Shown: positions 8,362 to 18,914, numbered from the stretch's first letter. The stretch: 32,000 nucleotides of DNA from Nostoc sp. PCC 7120 = FACHB-418 (GCF_000009705.1 NC_003272.1:4920001-4952000); one strand, 5' to 3'. The notes: generated by a model not told the origin, from the sequence alone. Made by a program: numbers and translations.

Positions 8362-9663
8362 TCACAATGCTTTGAGTAGAGTCTCTATTGCTGTTTGTTT
8401 TTGCGGGTCTACTCCTTGTGCATATTCCAAGGAAAAGGGAACGTTAATGTCTGGGGTAACTCCTTTACCTTCTAATCTTTGATTACCATTGAGAAAAACA
8501 TCGGCGACTGCTACGTAAAGCAAGCTGCCATCCTGCATAATATAAGGACGACCAGCAACTACGGCTCCTGTTGTTTTAGTACCGAGGACTGGCCCAATCT
8601 GATTTTGTTGAAAGTTAAACGCCAGAATTTCCTTACTGCTGCGGCTTCCTTCGTTTACCAACATCACTACAGGTTTTTTCCATTGATAATTATAGGTATA
8701 TCGGCGGCCATTACGTTGAACATGAGTGACACTGGGACTTTGTTTAGCAGTGAAGATGTTGAGGTAACTAATATCTCCCCCTCCCCATCCATCTCGGAGA
8801 TCCAAAATTAACCCATCTGCGTTTCTCAGGCGACCATAGATTAGCTCATTCTGAAGCTCTTGCTGATATGGATCAGCTGCATTTGACCAGATATGGACGT
8901 AGCCAATTTTTTTATTTTCTTGTTCGAGGATCTGAATGCTAGCCATTTGAGCTTCCAAAAACATTGTGCTGGCATCAAATACCTTCGGTACTACAGCAAT
9001 TTCTTGGCGACTAGTTAGTTGAGGCGATGGCGTTCCGCCCACCGTAGGCGATCGCTGGATCAACATTTTGACTGTTTGCCCTGCTTTACCTGCAAAAGAG
9101 CGTATGGGGTGATATTGATTACCATCTACATTAATAATCTGGTCACCTACTTTTAAGCCAGCCCTAGCAGCAGGACTGTCATCCAAAATAGAGCTAATAA
9201 AAGTCTTATCATTAATATCTTTAGTAGATAAACCAACACCAGTGTATTCAAATTTACCGTTAGGAAAAAACTTTTTTAATTCTTTCGGTAACTCCATGCT
9301 TCTAGCATAAAAAATGCCTAAAAGTTGATAGTAAGCCAGATCGTCTTGAGTATAGTAACGGGTGTGGGAAGTTTTGAGTTCAGATAACATTTCATTGAAA
9401 ATAGCAGCAACTTTTTGACCTGAATTCGCTTGTAATACATTAGGTTTATACTTTTCCTTAATTACTTTCCAATTTACTCCATTCATTTTTGGATCATAAA
9501 AATTATCATTTACTGTTTGCCAAACTTGCTCAAAAATTCCAGTCTCAGGTTTAGCTAGTAATGGTAAAAGTGGTGAATTTATCCAGATAATAAGCAAAAC
9601 GCAAATACTTAAAGAAAGAACTAGGGGTAAGCGATTGAATAGTAAAAGTCGAATTTTTTTCAT
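8362..9663 (-). CDS. S41-family peptidase (tail-specific / C-terminal processing protease-like) with PDZ domain
   Basis: 433-aa ORF with an N-terminal signal/TM segment, a PDZ-like block (GLKVGDQIINVDG), GLILDLRDGWGGG, and a catalytic-Ser region (NEGSRSSKEILAF). Confidence 0.85.
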   Translation of the reverse strand: MKKIRLLLFNRLPLVLSLSICVLLIIWINSPLLPLLAKPETGIFEQVWQTVNDNFYDPKMNGVNWKVIKEKYKPNVLQANSGQKVAAIFNEMLSELKTSHTRYYTQDDLAYYQLLGIFYARSMELPKELKKFFPNGKFEYTGVGLSTKDINDKTFISSILDDSPAARAGLKVGDQIINVDGNQYHPIRSFAGKAGQTVKMLIQRSPTVGGTPSPQLTSRQEIAVVPKVFDASTMFLEAQMASIQILEQENKKIGYVHIWSNAADPYQQELQNELIYGRLRNADGLILDLRDGWGGGDISYLNIFTAKQSPSVTHVQRNGRRYTYNYQWKKPVVMLVNEGSRSSKEILAFNFQQNQIGPVLGTKTTGAVVAGRPYIMQDGSLLYVAVADVFLNGNQRLEGKGVTPDINVPFSLEYAQGVDPQKQTAIETLLKAL

Positions 9664-9938
9664 CTGAAGTTTGACTGTTAATATAGGAATCTAATTTGAT
9701 TATTATTGGCGTAGCCTGCAATTGCACATCCTAAATATAAGCATATTTAGAGTTGGCATTATCCATTCTAGTGGATTTCAGAAATTAAGTATAAATTTTA
9801 TGAAAACAACTGTTAATAATCTGCCAATATTAATTCCATTCCTTAATACAAAGTTAAATATACTTCGCTGATATATAAATATTTAGAATTTTATATTATT
9901 TCTCACATTAACAAAATAATAGAAAACATAGTCTTAAT

Positions 9939-10982
9939 TTAAAATATAACCATTCCATCTAGTTCTGACAACATCTGCTCAAGCATATCCTCCATCATTT
10001 CCTGTTGTAAGGAATATAAACTTTCTGGACCATTAAGAAATTCTTTGATAGTTATTTTCTGTGCTTTAAATTCTTTGACAAAATCACGAATTTCGGTAAC
10101 CAGATTAATCTGGACTTCCATCGATTCCAACATTTGGGCAATAGGATCTATGCCTTGTTTTGCCGCTTTGCGCGAATCGGAAACCATTACACCTTCAGGT
10201 GTATTTTTCACTAGGCGTAGTTCTCTTTTTAAATTTTCGTATTGAGTTATCAAGATTTCATTTTGCTGTGCTAAAGTCTTACATTTTCTAGTTAAATCAT
10301 CTTCACTATTATTATCAATAAGCTCCCCTACCTGATGCTTTTGCTCAATTTCCAGGAGTCTTGCTAAATCTCCTTCTTGGTAGGCTTTATTAATTTCCTT
10401 CATGATTTCTGTATGATTTATTTGCGTTTCACTATCTTTTACCTTATCAGGATGAAATATTTCAGCTAACCTCAGAAATGTCTGACGAATCTTTCTCGAT
10501 TCATCTGTTCTATTTACAGATGAAAATCCTAATTCCTGCTGTGTTTCTCCATATTGACTTTGACGTGGATTATTTTCTTGCTGAGAATCATCAAAAATAT
10601 CATCTAGTTCTAGTTCTGGTTGTTTACTCTCGAATTTCGGACTGATGATCCCAGCCATCTGGAGATTAAGATAAACTGCCTTTACTTTCTTCTCAGTTTG
10701 TTTACCAAATTTTCTAGTAGTAAAAATTTCTGCAAACAGAGTGTGGATTTCCTTGTCTAGCTCTGATATTTTGGTAAAGCCAGGACTGGCTCTATGAAAT
10801 GTTTCTGTTGCTAATGAACGCATCTGTTCAGTAAAATTTCTCAACTCAGTGCGCTTGCTTTTAATATTTTTGAGTAAAGCTTGGTGTTCTTTTTCTAGTC
10901 CTGCCAAGCGGATATGTAGCTGAGAGAGAGCTAATGGTGTTGTATGAGTAGTATGAGATGTAGATGAGGTTTTGCGAGGCAT
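9939..10982 (-). CDS. J-domain-like (HPD motif) coiled-coil protein
   Basis: 347-aa ORF. A central block, FLRLAEIFHPDKVKD...EIMKEINKAYQEGD, resembles DnaJ helices II-III with the HPD tripeptide. Heptad-rich, charged flanks suggest coiled coil. The gene is AT-rich. Confidence 0.75.
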   Translation of the reverse strand: MPRKTSSTSHTTHTTPLALSQLHIRLAGLEKEHQALLKNIKSKRTELRNFTEQMRSLATETFHRASPGFTKISELDKEIHTLFAEIFTTRKFGKQTEKKVKAVYLNLQMAGIISPKFESKQPELELDDIFDDSQQENNPRQSQYGETQQELGFSSVNRTDESRKIRQTFLRLAEIFHPDKVKDSETQINHTEIMKEINKAYQEGDLARLLEIEQKHQVGELIDNNSEDDLTRKCKTLAQQNEILITQYENLKRELRLVKNTPEGVMVSDSRKAAKQGIDPIAQMLESMEVQINLVTEIRDFVKEFKAQKITIKEFLNGPESLYSLQQEMMEDMLEQMLSELDGMVIF

Positions 10983-11476
10983 AGGAGATGCAGGTAGGTT
11001 TTAGGTTTTAAAGTGTCCGGCTCTTTGGGTTAATGCCCATCGACTATACTTTCTAGATAATACATGATCTATAACAACGAGTTACGGCAGAAGTATCTAT
11101 CTTCGAGATATTTATCTACAATCGTTATGTAGCCAATAAAGAATCGAATATTCCTATATTTACTTTAGAATAATTTACTATTAATAAAATGAACAAAAAA
11201 TATGTACATGAGGATTTTTTAATATATTGTCCATGCTATAAGCAAGACTATTCTGGTTAACCTTTTGATTTGCCAAACATTTATAATTTAGCTAGGATTA
11301 CCATAATATTAAAATGTTTTTTACTGATATTCATTCACTATTATAATTCAATTGATCCTAAGTCTATTTGACTAATTCTAAAGGAGGGTATTTTACATCT
11401 CTACTTACAGAAAGAGGCAAAATTACTGACCGATATTTTAACATAAACCAAAGTTAGATTGATGGGAGTGAAATGG

Positions 11477-11722
11477 ATGCCTTATCAACAAATAAGTGAA
11501 TTACCTCAAGAGATTAGAGAACAATTACCAGAACACGCTCAACAGATTTTCTTTGCAGCTTTCAATGCAGCTCAAAGTGACGGCTTGAGTGAAGAAGGTG
11601 CAGTTGATGTTGCTTGGAATAGTGTGAGAAACGAGTACAAACAAGACAACGATGGTCAATGGCAACGAAAAGCCGAAGACTCAGCAATACATCATAAAGC
11701 TATCACAACAGGTGGTAACTAA
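11477..11722 (+). CDS. chaB: ChaB-family protein (putative cation transport regulator)
   Basis: MPYQQISELPQEIREQLPEHAQQIFFAAFNAA...VAWNSVRNEYKQDNDGQWQRK follows the E. coli ChaB pattern (MPY...LP..V...LP.HAQ.I...AFN.A ... AW.AVK.EY). There is a GGAG 8 nt upstream of the ATG at 11477, whereas the track start at 11459 is a TTG. Confidence 0.85.
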   Translation: MPYQQISELPQEIREQLPEHAQQIFFAAFNAAQSDGLSEEGAVDVAWNSVRNEYKQDNDGQWQRKAEDSAIHHKAITTGGN

Positions 11723-12446
11723 ACATAATCTGTAATTTCTGATAGTCTGCTGCTAGGCTAACGCCTATGTAGGTTTCTCTGTTGCTTTTTGTAGCAAAGA
11801 CCAAAACCAACGTAATTCGTAATTAAATTATTTATGGTTTGAGATTCCAAGTAATGGAAAACCACCAATTTTATAATTGAGTGGATTAAGCCTGAAGATT
11901 ACGAATTACAATTTTTTTATTATGATGCTATGAAAAGATGAATACTAAATTCATCTTATAGGAGATAGCAAATTAGACTACTATAGGAATAGTATTTAAT
12001 GTTTGAAATATACGTAAGGTAGGCAACACCCACCGTATGATAGTTGTGGTGGGCATTGCCCGGCTTATAGGTACTCAGATATTTTCAAGAATCAAATCGG
12101 ATTCTTATAATTATTAGCAAAATGATTGACTGATGAGCAATTACTGGAATTTAATGAAGGTAGGGAGCATCCTTGTAACTTAGGAAAGATTATAGAAAAT
12201 TAAGAATAGTTGTAAACTAGATTTTGCAGTATTCTTAGCTGATCAGATGGTGGTTGATCCGCGCATGGTTGTAGTCTATGCTATCCGATGCTATGAGAAA
12301 TGAGGGTTTATGAAGGTCAAGTTATTACCCGCTCATGAACTGCATAAAGACAAGTACTCAAATTGCTGGCTGATGGTCATAGAAGAAAATAAATCATTAC
12401 ACTGAGAGTTAGTTGCCTTATTGGGATAGAATCTCCCATATAATTT

Positions 12447-13676
12447 ATGACCGAACAGACTAAGAGAATTGTAATTCTGGGTGGAGGCTTTGGCGGTCTC
12501 TATACAGCTTTACGTGTAAGCCAATTACCTTGGGAAACTCAGCAAAAACCGGAAATTGTGCTGGTAGATCAAAGCGATCGCTTTCTATTCTCCCCCTTAT
12601 TGTACGAATTACTCACCGGAGAACTGCAATCATGGGAAATTGCACCCCCTTTTATTGAACTTCTCGAAGGTACAGGTATACGTTTTTATCAAGCAGTTGT
12701 TTCTGGTATTGATATCGACCAGCAACGGGTACATCTGCAAGATGGCCCAGAAATCCCTTATGATCGCCTAGTTTTAACGCTAGGTGGCGAAACACCATTA
12801 GATTTAGTTCCTGGTGCCATATCCTATGCCTATCCTTTCCGTACTATTGCTGACACCTATCGCTTGGAAGAACGTCTGCGAGTCTTGGAAGAATCAGATG
12901 CAGAAAAAATTCGTGTAGCAATTGTTGGTGCTGGTTATAGTGGTGTTGAGTTAGCTTGTAAGTTAGCAGATAGACTAGGAGAAAGAGGACGCTTCCGCCT
13001 AGTGGAAATCAGCGATCAAATTTTACGCACTTCCCCAGACTTTAACCGCGAAGCAGCCAAGAAAGCTTTGGATGCAAAAGGTGTTTTTATTGATTTAGAA
13101 ACCAAAGTTGAGTCAATAGGACAAAATACCATCTCCCTAGAGTACAAAAATCAAGTAGATACCATTCCCGTAGATTTGGTAATTTGGACTGTGGGTACAA
13201 GGGTGACAAACGTAGTGAAAAGTCTGCCCTTTAAACAGAACCAGCGTGGTCAAATCACTAATACACCAACTCTCCAAGTTCTTGACCATCCAGACATTTT
13301 CGCCCTGGGAGACTTAGCTGACTGTATTGACGCTGAAGGTCAGCAAGTACCCGCTACCGCACAAGCCGCTTTTCAACAAGCAGACTACGCCGCTTGGAAT
13401 ATTTGGGCTTCTCTTACTCAACGTCCCCTATTACCTTTCCGTTACCAACAATTAGGGGAGATGATGGCACTGGGTACAGATAATGCTACCCTTACAGGTT
13501 TAGGAGTTAAATTAGATGGTTCTTTGGCTTATGTTGCCCGCCGTCTCGCCTACTTGTATAGATTACCAACACTAGATCATCAACTTAAAGTTGGCTTTAA
13601 CTGGCTTGTACGTCCTATTATAGAAACAATTTACTCAGCAGTGGATGCTGTGAATGAAAAGGGTACTAGGTATTAG
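12447..13676 (+). CDS. ndbB: Type II NAD(P)H dehydrogenase (NDH-2), NdbB-like
   Basis: 409-aa ORF with two Rossmann motifs, IVILGGGFGGLYTA and VAIVGAGYSGVELA, plus FALGDLA. The size is close to what I recall for Synechocystis NdbB. Subfamily assignment is tentative. Confidence 0.75.
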   Translation: MTEQTKRIVILGGGFGGLYTALRVSQLPWETQQKPEIVLVDQSDRFLFSPLLYELLTGELQSWEIAPPFIELLEGTGIRFYQAVVSGIDIDQQRVHLQDGPEIPYDRLVLTLGGETPLDLVPGAISYAYPFRTIADTYRLEERLRVLEESDAEKIRVAIVGAGYSGVELACKLADRLGERGRFRLVEISDQILRTSPDFNREAAKKALDAKGVFIDLETKVESIGQNTISLEYKNQVDTIPVDLVIWTVGTRVTNVVKSLPFKQNQRGQITNTPTLQVLDHPDIFALGDLADCIDAEGQQVPATAQAAFQQADYAAWNIWASLTQRPLLPFRYQQLGEMMALGTDNATLTGLGVKLDGSLAYVARRLAYLYRLPTLDHQLKVGFNWLVRPIIETIYSAVDAVNEKGTRY

Positions 13677-13758
13677 GGATTGCACTTCCTTGCTTGAACA
13701 CTTTCGCGCAGGGAAGTCAATGACCAATGACTAACATTTATAATTTGCAAGCAGTTTA

Positions 13759-14409
13759 ATGGAAAGGCCTAAAGTTATTTTTGTGGATGCTGTGGGGACA
13801 CTCTTTGGCGTTAAGGGTAGTGTCGGAAAAGTTTATAGTCAAATAGCCCAAGAGTTTGGTGTAGAAGTTGCACCGGATATTGTGGATAAAGCATTTGTTG
13901 AAAGTTTTAAAGCATCCCCGCCGCCCATATTCCCTGATGCTGACACTGAAGACATACCACAACGTGAATTTGAGTGGTGGCGTAAAATTGCCCTGAATAC
14001 TTTTGAAAGTGCTGGTGTTCTGCCCCAATTTACCGATTTTTCTAGCTTTTTTGGTGAACTATATATTCACTTTGGCACTGCTGAACCTTGGGTGATATAT
14101 CCTGATGTTGTGCAATCCTTGAGCAACTGGCAACATATAGGGATTGAATTGGGCGTTTTGTCTAATTTCGATTCGCGGTTGTACTCAGTTTTGCAAAGTT
14201 TAGGTTTGAGTCACTACTTTTCTTCGGTGACGATTTCCACTCAAGCAGGTGCAGCAAAACCTGACCCCAAAATTTTTGCGATCGCTTTAGAAAAACACAA
14301 TAGTTCTCCTGAAGAGGCATGGCACATTGGCGATAGTATTGAAGAAGATTATCAAGGAGCAAAAGCAGCCGGGTTAAGGGGTGTTTGGATTAATCGAGAG
14401 AAAGGTTAA
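13759..14409 (+). CDS. HAD-superfamily hydrolase (subfamily IA, REG-2-like)
   Basis: 216-aa ORF. Motif I is VIFVDAVGTLF, motif II is LGVLSNFD, and motifs III/IV are AAKPDPKIF ... HIGDSIEEDYQGA. Confidence 0.85.
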   Translation: MERPKVIFVDAVGTLFGVKGSVGKVYSQIAQEFGVEVAPDIVDKAFVESFKASPPPIFPDADTEDIPQREFEWWRKIALNTFESAGVLPQFTDFSSFFGELYIHFGTAEPWVIYPDVVQSLSNWQHIGIELGVLSNFDSRLYSVLQSLGLSHYFSSVTISTQAGAAKPDPKIFAIALEKHNSSPEEAWHIGDSIEEDYQGAKAAGLRGVWINREKG

Positions 14410-14421
14410 AAATATTTATTC

Positions 14422-15492
14422 TTAGGGAATTAAGACTGTAAAAATAGAACCTTGGGGATGATTATCTTCGATAGTAATCGTGCCATTGTGTGCTTCTATT
14501 GCCATTTTACAAAATGCTAATCCTAGACCAAGTTGGGAAACTTCGGACACTATATTGCCGATTTCATACTTCTGGAAAATGCTGTGCCTTAATTCTTGAG
14601 AAATTCCTTTACCTGAATCAATCACCTGTAATTTCGCACCTGTTTCTAAATACGCTGCTTTGAGAATTACCCGTGCGTTTGATGGTGAAAACTTAATTGC
14701 ATTAGAGAGCAGATTATCTAGTACTCGGCGAAAAATAGCTGCATCTATTTTGACCATACCACCCGGTTCTGGTAATTCGCTGATGAGCCTCAGACGCTTT
14801 TGAGCAGCAATATCTTCAATATCTGCTAAGGCTGATATACAAATAGCACAAAGGTCTATCTCTGTATAGTTAAGCACCATTTTACCGGATTCTAGCTTGG
14901 CCATGGTCAATAGGCTATCAATCAGGGTTTGTAGTTGTTGACAGGCGATCGCTATTTGACTTACTTTTTGTTGCTGTTTGTCTGGTGGCAAACTAGGAAA
15001 TTTGAGCATTTCTGTTGAGATCACAATACTGGCTAGAGGATTTCGCAGGTCATGGACAATCATATTAACCATGTCTTCCTGCAATTTAAGTAAACCTTGC
15101 AAGTTATCATGCTGTTGCTTAATCCGCAACATAGAATTAACTCTAGCTCTTAACTCTACGCTGTTGAGAGGCTTACTAATAAAGTCATCTGCTCCTGCGT
15201 TCAAACAGTGAGCCAGGTCTTCTTTAGCAGTTAATGCTGTGACAATAATAATGGGTACTGCCTGCCACTGGGGATCAGCTTTAATGCGTCGGCATACTTC
15301 TATCCCATCTAAATGAGGCATCATCACATCTAGCAAAATCACATCCGGCTGAAAACTGCTGAGGCGAGCGATCGCTTGTTGACCACCAGAAGCATAATGC
15401 AACTGATAGTTTTCGCCATCTAGCAATGTTTCTACAACATCAAAGTTATCCGGTTCATCATCAATCACCAAAATGGATGGTTGAGTTTCCAT
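14422..15492 (-). CDS. Hybrid response regulator / histidine kinase (REC-HisKA-HATPase)
   Basis: 356-aa ORF. REC domain: ILVIDDEPDN...VILLDVMMPHLDG...IIIVTA. H-box: VHDLRNPLASI. N box: LLSNAIKFS. G boxes: DSGKGI and GLGLAFCK. Confidence 0.9.
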   Translation of the reverse strand: METQPSILVIDDEPDNFDVVETLLDGENYQLHYASGGQQAIARLSSFQPDVILLDVMMPHLDGIEVCRRIKADPQWQAVPIIIVTALTAKEDLAHCLNAGADDFISKPLNSVELRARVNSMLRIKQQHDNLQGLLKLQEDMVNMIVHDLRNPLASIVISTEMLKFPSLPPDKQQQKVSQIAIACQQLQTLIDSLLTMAKLESGKMVLNYTEIDLCAICISALADIEDIAAQKRLRLISELPEPGGMVKIDAAIFRRVLDNLLSNAIKFSPSNARVILKAAYLETGAKLQVIDSGKGISQELRHSIFQKYEIGNIVSEVSQLGLGLAFCKMAIEAHNGTITIEDNHPQGSIFTVLIP

Positions 15493-15545
15493 TTAGAATA
15501 CTTCCTGACTAAGTTGAAAATAGTGCTGAGTAGGGAAAACTTTTC

Positions 15546-18443
15546 CTAGTCACTCTTCCGGTATTTTGATGTATGTAGTTCCTGATGGTTTTTTAAAAGT
15601 TGTTGAATGGTTAATACCAGTTGTTTTAGTTTTATTGGCTTGGTCAAATATTCATTAGCTCCAGCCGCTAAACAAGTCGTGCGATCGCTTGGCATGGCTA
15701 GGGCTGTTAAAGCAATTATGGGAATATCAATAAATTTTTGCTCATTACGGATCTGGCGTATCGCCTCTAATCCGTTCATTCCTGGCATTTGAATATCCAT
15801 AATAATTAAATCTGGGCATTTTTCTCTAGCAAAATCAAGAGCTTGTTGTCCATTTTCTGCTAATACCATCTCATATCCTCGACTTTCCAGATAGCTAGAT
15901 ATAGTATCAATGTTTGCTTGATTATCTTCTGCCAGCAAAATTACGGGTATTGTCAAAGTTTTTGGTATCAGGGTAGCAGGTAGATCAACACGCTCAGGAT
16001 CTTGTAGTTTTTTGAGAGAATTATCCCCACTCAGGTAAGGAATGCGGACTGTAAAACAACTACCCTGTCCGACTTCACTGTTAACTAAGATGGTTCCTCC
16101 GTGTAGGGTAGTAATTCGTTTAACTAGTGCTAAACCTAACCCTGTCCCGGTGTAGTTGCGATTGAGGCTGCTATCAAGTTGGGTAAAAGGCTGAAATAAT
16201 TTGCTTATGTCTTCTGAGGCGATACCGATACCAGTATCGGTGACGCGGAAACAGATATGGGGGCTGGGAATGGAGGATTGAGATATGAGTTTTTCTGCCC
16301 CTAATGTCTCATTTGTGCCTACTTCCTCCAGCCAAACCGTGAGCTTCACATTACCTCCTTCTGGGGTAAACTTGACGGCGTTGCTGAGGAGGTTGATTAG
16401 TACTTGGCGTAAACGGCGATCGTCTACTTGAATGGTATCTAAATTAGAACCTATATGAGTACTAAGACAGATATTTTTTTTCAACGCCATCTGCTGAATA
16501 AAGGTAAGGCTACCATCACAGATACTTCTGACAGAAACATCACTGATTTGCAGTTCTAGTTTGCCTGACTCGATTTTGGACAAGTCGAGGATGTCATTGA
16601 TCAGTTCCAGTAGATGTTTGCCACTACGTTTAATAGTAGCGATCGCTTTTGCCTGCTTTTGATTAATGGCACCAAACACGCCTTCAATAAAACCTTCAGA
16701 CATACCCAGAATGGCGTTGAGTGGGGTACGCAATTCGTGGCTCATGTTTGCCAAAAATTCGTCTTTGAGGCGGGTAGCACGGGCAAGTTCGGCGTTGGCC
16801 TTGGCAAGCTGTTCATTTGTCCGCAACAGTTTTTCTTCTGCTTGTTTGCGTTCGTTGATGTCGGTCACCCGGACTAAGTTGAGGGTACGACCAGCTATGG
16901 TAATTGGTTTGGCAGCTATATTTCCCCAAAATAATTTGCCTTTAAGAGTCACATATTCAATCTCTTGACTCCAAAACCCTTTAGTCTGCATTTGGGTGAC
17001 AATAGTATCAATTTCATTACTAGTAAAGGGACGACGCTGGAGCGTCCTACCTTCAATCCCCAGTAATTCACCTTTGTTAGTTGCCTCAAATAGTTCTACC
17101 GTCCGCCGGTTACAATCCAGGGTAAGCAATGTTACAGGATCGACTAGAAACAACGCATCAGCAGATTCATTAAAAATTACTTCTCGCAAATCTCGGTTGT
17201 GGATCAGTTCTTGTTCTGCTTGTTTGCGTTCTGTGATATCGATGTTAATCCCAACCATCAATATAGGTTTACCTTGTTCATCGCAATTGAGAACACCATA
17301 AGCTTTGATGACACGGATTTCTCCACTCGGCTGAATAATTTGGAATTCTGCATCATATTCTTGGTTTTGGTGCAGAACTTGCTGGATAGTTACCAAGAGA
17401 TAATCTTGATCATCTGGATGCACAAAGCTTAACCAAGCATCAAAATTACCGGGAAAATCCTCAGGGTGAACACCATACAATTCGTACATTCGCTCATCCC
17501 AAATTACTTTTTCTTGAACGCAGTCAAATTCCCAGATGCCAAATCTTCCAGAACTGATGGCGAGAGTTAAGCGTTCCGAAATTTTCCGGAGTTTTGCCTC
17601 GGCTTCTATGAGATCGCCTATAGTGGGGCGTAGTCCATCGTCCAATGCAGCTTGCTGTTCGCTAATATCTGTCAGTGTGCCGACATAGCCGATGGTAGTA
17701 ACGTTTTGGTCTGTTTCAGGTAATATCTGCATATAGAACCAAATTGTGGTGCCATCTTTACGCAGGAACTTACCTTCATAGCAATACATTTTTTCTTGGG
17801 TCAATACTTCAGTCCATTGATGGAAAAGGCGATCGCTGTCTTCTGGATGTATAGTATCTAGACACCCTCTGCCCAAGGCTGCTTGTATTGGTTCACCCGT
17901 GATCTGACTCCAGCGATCGTTGACGTAAATACAGTTCCCGTCTGCATCAAGACGGAAAATAGCCACTGGGACAACTTCTGCCAATGTTGCATAACGGTGT
18001 TCGCTTTGTTGCAATGCTGCCTTGGTCTGTGCTAGCTGTTGCATTAGATACATCTTTTCCATGCCATGACGAATTACTCGTTGTAAAATTTCCGGCGTAA
18101 TCTGATTTTTGATCAGATAATCTTGAGCGCCGCTTTTCATCGCACGGACAGCCAGATCCTCATCTCCTGGTTTGATCAACAGGATGACGGTAAATTGGCT
18201 ATTACTCAGCCTTGACCGCAATTTCTCCAGAAAAATTGAAGCATTCTCATTGACAGAGGCAAAATCTAGCAAAATAATCTCTGGTGTTTTCTCTAGGCAC
18301 CAATTTAAAGCCTCTTTTGCTATCGAAAATTCTATAATTTGATAGTTATATAAACTGTCTTGCTGTAAATGGCGAGTCATATTTGCTCGCTCTTCGCTGC
18401 ATTTATCGATTAGCAGGACTGTACAAGGCACGTAGTGATTCAT
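15546..18443 (-). CDS. Multidomain hybrid sensor histidine kinase (REC - 3x PAS/PAC - HisKA - HATPase - REC)
   Basis: 965-aa ORF with an N-terminal REC-like domain and three PAS-like repeats (for example VNDRWSQITG, WDERMYELYGV, NRRTVELFEA). H-box: SHELRTPLNAILG. The blocks NLLSNAVKFT, DTGIGI and GTGLGLALV are present. C-terminal REC: ILLAEDNQANI...LIIMDIQMPGMNG. Confidence 0.9.
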   Translation of the reverse strand: MNHYVPCTVLLIDKCSEERANMTRHLQQDSLYNYQIIEFSIAKEALNWCLEKTPEIILLDFASVNENASIFLEKLRSRLSNSQFTVILLIKPGDEDLAVRAMKSGAQDYLIKNQITPEILQRVIRHGMEKMYLMQQLAQTKAALQQSEHRYATLAEVVPVAIFRLDADGNCIYVNDRWSQITGEPIQAALGRGCLDTIHPEDSDRLFHQWTEVLTQEKMYCYEGKFLRKDGTTIWFYMQILPETDQNVTTIGYVGTLTDISEQQAALDDGLRPTIGDLIEAEAKLRKISERLTLAISSGRFGIWEFDCVQEKVIWDERMYELYGVHPEDFPGNFDAWLSFVHPDDQDYLLVTIQQVLHQNQEYDAEFQIIQPSGEIRVIKAYGVLNCDEQGKPILMVGINIDITERKQAEQELIHNRDLREVIFNESADALFLVDPVTLLTLDCNRRTVELFEATNKGELLGIEGRTLQRRPFTSNEIDTIVTQMQTKGFWSQEIEYVTLKGKLFWGNIAAKPITIAGRTLNLVRVTDINERKQAEEKLLRTNEQLAKANAELARATRLKDEFLANMSHELRTPLNAILGMSEGFIEGVFGAINQKQAKAIATIKRSGKHLLELINDILDLSKIESGKLELQISDVSVRSICDGSLTFIQQMALKKNICLSTHIGSNLDTIQVDDRRLRQVLINLLSNAVKFTPEGGNVKLTVWLEEVGTNETLGAEKLISQSSIPSPHICFRVTDTGIGIASEDISKLFQPFTQLDSSLNRNYTGTGLGLALVKRITTLHGGTILVNSEVGQGSCFTVRIPYLSGDNSLKKLQDPERVDLPATLIPKTLTIPVILLAEDNQANIDTISSYLESRGYEMVLAENGQQALDFAREKCPDLIIMDIQMPGMNGLEAIRQIRNEQKFIDIPIIALTALAMPSDRTTCLAAGANEYLTKPIKLKQLVLTIQQLLKNHQELHTSKYRKSD

Positions 18444-18914
18444 AAATCAAAAATAGCAATGCGATCCATTTAGTAAGCAATTTGACCTCCATGACCGTAG
18501 TATGCAAAACCTCTGATAAATTGAGGAGTAGCCGGAATAGGGAACTAAAAATTAAATCCATAAAATCTACTAACTATATATTGCCCAAATTCATGTGCTA
18601 AAGTTTTGCTTATTGATGCCGTTGTCTTTTGCAGTCGGGTTTATACAGCATCTCAAACCTTGGTAATTTTTCCAGGAAATTTGTAAGCACATGGATGACA
18701 ATAAAGAATTATATGTGACAGACCTTACCAATATGTCTATCTGTATAATTTTTTTCAACCTGGAATAATCTGGTTTTTTATATTAATTTAAAAATAAAAA
18801 ATACAAAAAGAGCCGATAAATACATTTTTTAATGTATTTACCAACTCAAGGTTCAACTATGGCAAGTATGCAAAAATCACTAGGGCTATTTCTATAGGAA
18901 ATATTTAAGTTCAA

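Noticed and set aside
12310-12405. 31-codon ORF with an upstream GAGGG in the long intergenic region
   Set aside because: It is too short and has no recognisable features to call as a gene from sequence alone. It is mentioned only within the intergenic finding.
13683-13718. Hairpin ACTTCCTTGC / GCAGGGAAGT after the NDH-2 gene as an intrinsic terminator
   Set aside because: The 10-bp stem includes a G-U pair, the loop is 14 nt, and no U-tract follows. This is too weak to annotate.
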